DNA of 64,000 nucleotides from Acidobacteriota bacterium (GTDB lineage Bacteria; Acidobacteriota; Thermoanaerobaculia; UBA5066): NCBI GenBank assembly GCA_016716715.1, contig JADJVE010000006.1, positions 129,259 to 193,258 of the forward strand, read 5' to 3'. Shown piece by piece: positions 59,720 to 64,000 of this stretch (position 1 is its first letter; each line of letters starts with the position of its first letter). The notes under the pieces were generated by a model. It saw only the letters and a program-made list of their open reading frames with translations, ran no database searches and was not told where the DNA came from. The position numbers and the translations under genes were made by a program.

Positions 59720-59735
59720 TGGCTTGGGCTTTGCG
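59720..59735 (+). promoter_or_regulatory. Sigma-54 (-24/-12) promoter TGGCTTGGGCTTTGCG upstream of the porin–CYTH–transporter genes
   Basis: 15/16 identical to the promoter at 56941 and in the same register relative to the UAS. Confidence 0.55.
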
Positions 59736-59794
59736 ATACGTACGCAGACGTTCATGCGCCTCGCCCGCGAGGCATAGCCCCATAACGAGTAGGA

Positions 59795-61246
59795 GTGACC
59801 ATGAAGAAATCTCTCGTGACCCCGCTACTCCTCGCCCTGCTGGCCGCCCCGGTCATGGCGCAGGAGCCCACGGACCAAGAGAAGCGCATCCGAGACCTCG
59901 AGAAGCAGGTCCAGGCGCTCCAGAAGAAGGACGCGGCCAAGGCCGAGCAGGCCAAGCCCGCCGCCGACGTGAAGACCGAAGCGAAGGCCGAAGGGAAGAA
60001 GTCCTCCAAGGCGAAGGACCCGGACATCGACGGCATCAGCGCCAAGCTGACCGGCCGCGCCTACCTGGACGGCATCTGGTTCAGCGGAAGCAACAACCGT
60101 CTGCTCGGCGGGACCATGATCAAGACCGCCCGCCTCGGCTTCGAACTCAACCTGGGCTCCAAGTGGGCCGCCGAGGCCGACTTCGAGCTGACCGGCGGCG
60201 AGGTCGGTTACAAGACCATCATCGTGGAGTACATCGGCTTCAAGGACCAGGTCATCCAGGCCGGCCACCAGAAGGTTCCCATGGGGTTCGAGACCTTGAT
60301 GTCCAACACCAACACCTGGCTCATGGAGCGTTCCTTCGCCGACATCTGGAACCCTTCCCGGCACGTCGGCATCTACTACAGCATCTCGAACGAGCGCCTC
60401 TACGCCAAGGCCGGCATCTTCGGGCAGTCCCTCGACGACACCGTCGGGAACTACAACACCGCGAGCGACCTCGGCTACAAGATGGTCGACAACCACGGCT
60501 ACGGAGCGGCGCTCCGCGTCGCCGGCCTCCCGCTGAAGCAGGACGACACCCACCTCATTCACCTGGGAGCGGCCGTCTCCGACTGGATGCCCGCGGCCGG
60601 CGCCCCGGGCGTCTATGCCGTGGACTACTCAGGCCGGCCGTCGGTCGCCAAGATCAACGGCGCCAAGTTCCTCAACGCCTCGGTCACCAACGTCAACGAC
60701 CAGCTCTTGATCGGAGCGGAATTCGCGGGCCAGTGGGGAGGATTCTCCTGGCTCGGCGAGTACGAGTGGATGAAGGTCAACCGTAAGAGCGCCCCGGACC
60801 AGGTCTGGGACTCGACCAACCTGAAGCTGGTCCCGTCGACCGCGACCCAGCGGGCCAACGGCGTCATCGACCACAATTTCTCCACCTGGTACTTCCAGGT
60901 CTCCTACGTGTTCAATGGCCAGAAGGCTTATGTCGCCGGTGATTCCTTCGTCTTCAAGACGACCACGCCGAAGACGAAGATGGGAGCCGTGGAGCTCGTG
61001 GCCCGCTACGAGGTGGGGACCCAGGACGACCTCACGGACGTCGACCCGGTCAAGGGGGGCATCGAGAAGATCACCACCCTGGGCGTCAACTACTACCCCC
61101 GGAAGAACCTCCGCTTCATGGTGAATTACAGCTTCGTGGACAACAACGAGAACGCGATGGCCAACAAGGGCTACAGCCCGACGGGCGTCAAGATCCAGGA
61201 TCCCAGCTTCCAGATCTTCTCGAGTCGCGTCGCGTTCAACTTCTAG
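59795..61246 (+). CDS. Phosphate/pyrophosphate-selective porin of the OprO/OprP family
   Basis: Signal peptide (MKKSLVTPLLLALLAAPVMA). Lys-rich coiled-coil N-terminus. A long beta-barrel region ending in the porin C-terminal Phe (..SRVAFNF). The overall length and the GRAYLDGIWF / ARYE motifs fit Porin_O_P. The alternative ATG at 59801 has better RBS spacing. Confidence 0.75.
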   Translation: MTMKKSLVTPLLLALLAAPVMAQEPTDQEKRIRDLEKQVQALQKKDAAKAEQAKPAADVKTEAKAEGKKSSKAKDPDIDGISAKLTGRAYLDGIWFSGSNNRLLGGTMIKTARLGFELNLGSKWAAEADFELTGGEVGYKTIIVEYIGFKDQVIQAGHQKVPMGFETLMSNTNTWLMERSFADIWNPSRHVGIYYSISNERLYAKAGIFGQSLDDTVGNYNTASDLGYKMVDNHGYGAALRVAGLPLKQDDTHLIHLGAAVSDWMPAAGAPGVYAVDYSGRPSVAKINGAKFLNASVTNVNDQLLIGAEFAGQWGGFSWLGEYEWMKVNRKSAPDQVWDSTNLKLVPSTATQRANGVIDHNFSTWYFQVSYVFNGQKAYVAGDSFVFKTTTPKTKMGAVELVARYEVGTQDDLTDVDPVKGGIEKITTLGVNYYPRKNLRFMVNYSFVDNNENAMANKGYSPTGVKIQDPSFQIFSSRVAFNF

Positions 61247-61348
61247 GCGCTCGGAGACGACACCGGAACGGACTTCTCCTTCTTGGGCGGGGCGCGGATC
61301 GACCACGCCCCGCCGGCCTGTCCCGACACGAAGCGACTGGAGCCCACG

Positions 61349-61942
61349 ATGAGCCACACGTCCGCCATGGTGATTCCACGCTGGGAATGGCGCACGTTCG
61401 CCCCGTCCCTGGGCGACCTCCGCGGGAAGGTCAACGGGGTCGAATTCCAGGCCCCGCGGGAGATCCGGGAAACCTACTTCGTCTGCCTGAAGAGCTCGCA
61501 CAACGCGAAGGTCCGCGACGGGCTCATGGACCTCAAGTGGAGAAAGCAGGTGGACGCGGACGGCCTCGAGCTCTGGGACCCCGTCCTCAAGTCGATGTTC
61601 CCGATCGAGGCCGGGATCGTGCCGCGGCTCTTCGAGGCCTGGGGCCTGCCGCTGCCAGCTCTTCCGCGCGCGTCGTACACACTGCCCGAGCTCCTCGACG
61701 AGGTCCTGGACCCGAACCCCGCTCTCCGGGCCGTCCGGACGGTCAAGCGCCGCGAGGGCTTCACGCTCGACGGGACGACGTGCGAGTTCGCGCGCATCGT
61801 GGCCGACGGCGTCCCGTTCGAGAGCTTCTGCGTCGAACACGAAGATCCCTCCCTCGTTCTCCAGGTGATCCGGAGCCTCGGCCTCGACAGCCACCAGAAC
61901 ATCAACTATCCGCTGGGGCTCAAGCGAGCCCTGGCTCTTTGA
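61349..61942 (+). CDS. Hypothetical 198-aa protein between the porin and CYTH genes
   Basis: RBS CTGGAG; same strand with short gaps; no strong family signature. ..WEWRTFAPSL...EIRETYFVCLKSSHNAKVRDGLMDLKW.. is weakly reminiscent of CYTH/VTC beta-strands. Confidence 0.5.
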   Translation: MSHTSAMVIPRWEWRTFAPSLGDLRGKVNGVEFQAPREIRETYFVCLKSSHNAKVRDGLMDLKWRKQVDADGLELWDPVLKSMFPIEAGIVPRLFEAWGLPLPALPRASYTLPELLDEVLDPNPALRAVRTVKRREGFTLDGTTCEFARIVADGVPFESFCVEHEDPSLVLQVIRSLGLDSHQNINYPLGLKRALAL

Positions 61943-61970
61943 ACGGGCTCACGGGCCCCGGAGACACAAC

Positions 61971-62444
61971 ATGGCCAAAGAGATCGAACGCAAATTTCTC
62001 GTGAAGACCGCGGCCTGGAAGCCGCAGAACGAGGGGATTCACTTCAAGCAGGGTTACCTGAACACGCAGAAGGAAAGGGTCGTGCGTGTCCGGATCGAGG
62101 GCGACAAGGCGAAACTGACGATCAAGGGTGTCACGACGGGCGTGACCCGTTCAGAATTCGAGTACGTGATCCCCGTGGAAGACGCCTCGCTCCTCCTGGA
62201 CAACCTCTGCGAGAAGCCTCTCATCGACAAGCACCGCCACGCGGAAGTCCACGGCGGGAAGACGTGGGAGATCGACGTCTTCCACGGCGACAACGAGGGC
62301 CTGGTGGTCGCGGAGATCGAGCTCAAGAGCGAGACCGAGACGTTCGTCCGTCCCGACTGGGCGGGGGAAGAAGTCTCGAGCGACCCGCGCTACTTCAACT
62401 CCAACCTCCTGAAGAACCCCTTCAAGAGCTGGGCAAAGGCCTGA
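61971..62444 (+). CDS. CYTH-domain triphosphate tunnel metalloenzyme (NeuTTM/CyaB-like inorganic triphosphatase)
   Basis: MAKEIERKFLV (ExExK), ..RVRIEGDKAKLTIKG.., ..WEIDVFHGDNEGLVVAEIEL.. are canonical CYTH motifs. 157 aa. Confidence 0.85.
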   Translation: MAKEIERKFLVKTAAWKPQNEGIHFKQGYLNTQKERVVRVRIEGDKAKLTIKGVTTGVTRSEFEYVIPVEDASLLLDNLCEKPLIDKHRHAEVHGGKTWEIDVFHGDNEGLVVAEIELKSETETFVRPDWAGEEVSSDPRYFNSNLLKNPFKSWAKA

Positions 62445-62505
62445 TCTGACGTTGGCGGCGAGCGCGATCCCCGCCAGGGCTCCCACGCTCCAGGAACTCC
62501 TGGAC

Positions 62506-64000
62506 ATGGAGAAGATGACCCTGTCGGCCAAGCCCCGGGACGCCCAGAGCGTCACCGAGCGCTGGATGCGCTACCTCGGTTTTCCGGGCGGCATCGCCCT
62601 CTTCCTCCTGGTCCTCTACCTGCCGCCCGGGATGGGCCTCAGCGCGGCGGCGCAATCGGGCACCGCCTGCTTCCTGCTCGCGCTGGTCTGGTGGGTCACG
62701 GAGCCCTTCCCGACCTACGTCACGTCCCTCGTCCTGATGTTCCTGCTGCTCGTGACGCGGACGTCGGCGGCCAAGCCGATCATGGACGTCCTCGGCATGG
62801 AGGTGATCTGGCTCAACCTCCTCGCGTTCATCCTCGCGGCGATGCTCGTGAAGACGCGCCTCGCCAAGAGGATGTCGCTCTTTCTCATCGTCAAGTTCGG
62901 GCGCAAGGCGTCCTGGGCGCTCCTGGCCTTCGTGATCATCCAGCTCGTCCTCGCCCCGCTCATTCCGGCGACGGCCGCGCGCTGCGTCATGACGCTGCCG
63001 CTGATGATCGTCGTCGCGAACATCTACGGATCGACCGAGGCCCATCCCAACAACTTCGGCAAGAACCTGTTTCTTCTGAATCTCGCGGGGATCTCGGTCC
63101 TCTCGTCCATCAGCATGACGGGGTCGAGCGCGAACCTCATCGCCGTGGGTTTCATCCAGAGCATGGGCGGCCACCGCATCTACTACATGGACTGGATGCG
63201 GGCGGGCGCCCCCATCGCCATCGTGACGATGCTCATCATGTGGTTCCTCGGCCGGAAGGTGATCTTCCCGATCCCGCAGGCGGAGCAGGTTCCGAGCGTC
63301 GAGGGAGGCCTCCCTCTCATCGAGGCGCAGTACGCCGCGATGGGGCGCCTGAGCTTTCAGGAGAAGAAGGCTCTCGTCATCTTCAGCCTCGTGCTCTTCC
63401 TGTGGATGACCGACATCTTCCACATGCGCTGGTTCGGCGTGGAGATCAGCGCGCCGTTCGCCGCGCTCCTCGGCTCGGTGATCGTGCTCTTCCCGCGATG
63501 GGGCGTCCTGCAGTGGCAGGAGGCCGACATCCCCTGGCACCTCCTCATCTTCAGCGCGGGCGCCTACGCGGGCGGCCTTGCCCTGGACGACACCGGCGCG
63601 GCCGAGTGGGGCGTGAGGATGCTGTTCGGAGGGATGAACCTGAAGGTCATCCCGTTCGGCGCGGCCTTCACGATCGTCATGGCCGTGATGATGTACAGCC
63701 ACCTGCTCACGACGTCGAAGACGGTGCGCACGATCATCATGATCCCCATCATCATCTCGATGTCGAAGGCCCTCGGCTGGGATCCCGTCTCGCTCGCCCT
63801 CCCCGCGGCGCTCTGCATCGACTGGGTGGTCGGGCTTCCGATCAGCGGCAAGCCGAACGTCATCCTCTTCTCCACGAACCAGTACTCCGTGATCGACAAC
63901 TTCAAGTACGGGATGACGACGTGCACGGTGGGCCTCGTCCTCCTCGTCCTCTCCGCCGCCACGTGGTTCCACTGGCTCGGAATCACGCCGTCCTTCTGGG
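62506..64000 (+). CDS. DASS/SLC13-type anion:Na+ symporter (ArsB/NhaD permease superfamily), 5' partial; runs off the window
   Basis: Not in the ORF track because there is no stop in the window. Frame +2 from ATG 62506 is open to the end and encodes a highly hydrophobic permease (..WWVTEPFPTYVTSLVLMFLLL..SSISMTGSSANLIAVGF..VVGLPISGKPNVILFST..). TTG 62452 is a possible earlier start. Confidence 0.75.
   Translation, partial: MEKMTLSAKPRDAQSVTERWMRYLGFPGGIALFLLVLYLPPGMGLSAAAQSGTACFLLALVWWVTEPFPTYVTSLVLMFLLLVTRTSAAKPIMDVLGMEVIWLNLLAFILAAMLVKTRLAKRMSLFLIVKFGRKASWALLAFVIIQLVLAPLIPATAARCVMTLPLMIVVANIYGSTEAHPNNFGKNLFLLNLAGISVLSSISMTGSSANLIAVGFIQSMGGHRIYYMDWMRAGAPIAIVTMLIMWFLGRKVIFPIPQAEQVPSVEGGLPLIEAQYAAMGRLSFQEKKALVIFSLVLFLWMTDIFHMRWFGVEISAPFAALLGSVIVLFPRWGVLQWQEADIPWHLLIFSAGAYAGGLALDDTGAAEWGVRMLFGGMNLKVIPFGAAFTIVMAVMMYSHLLTTSKTVRTIIMIPIIISMSKALGWDPVSLALPAALCIDWVVGLPISGKPNVILFSTNQYSVIDNFKYGMTTCTVGLVLLVLSAATWFHWLGITPSFW

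Noticed and set aside
62422-63972. 516-aa minus ORF at the window end
   Set aside because: It is antisense to the clearly hydrophobic DASS transporter frame and has D/E/R/H-rich nonsense composition.

Overview
This 64-kb window is a high-GC (about 70%) bacterial chromosomal segment, most consistent with an Acidobacteria- or Myxococcota-like genome. It is densely coding on both strands. The very long ORFs in the six-frame track (for example 6390..11657, 3414..5864, 14870..17536, 25567..28995) are mostly high-GC read-through or antisense artefacts. The real genes are shorter and are called below by product.

The housekeeping core includes nadE, glyA, a dGTPase, folC–accD, ftsE–ftsX, gatB, yebC–ruvC, lepB, queF, mtaB, and fructose-bisphosphate aldolase. 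Around it sit a CHAT/TPR protease-like protein next to a 1156-aa secreted BNR-repeat protein. There is also a BtuF/FecCD/FecE-type ABC importer. Its operon is headed by a receiver–Ser/Thr-kinase–TM–TonB-C fusion protein. A beta-ketoacyl synthase pair lies next to LpxL-like and C45-family acyltransferases. A TetR–cupin pair and a Fur-family regulator each have candidate palindromic operators.

The most striking block is the compositionally distinct 3' end, about 53.5–64 kb. It holds a PAS histidine kinase and a sigma-54 activator. They are followed by two transcription units, each preceded by a conserved three-half-site CCCGCAC/GTGCGGG element and a TGGC-N7-TTGC (-24/-12) promoter. The first unit is a secreted CYTH-domain protein plus a signal-peptide family I inorganic pyrophosphatase. 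The second is an OprO/OprP phosphate/pyrophosphate porin, a 198-aa unknown, a NeuTTM-like CYTH triphosphatase, and a DASS anion symporter. I interpret this as an apparently undescribed sigma-54-controlled system for extracytoplasmic tri/poly/pyrophosphate degradation and uptake.

Other points worth a second look: a 132-nt poly-G run exactly between two convergent stop codons (almost certainly an assembly or sequencing artefact); a 303-bp perfect-frame tandem duplication inside a PT-linker secreted protein that is frameshifted; an apparent frameshift inside the histidine kinase; and low-GC repeated CTTCTAAGAA motifs. I could not identify any rRNA, tRNA or CRISPR array by eye.
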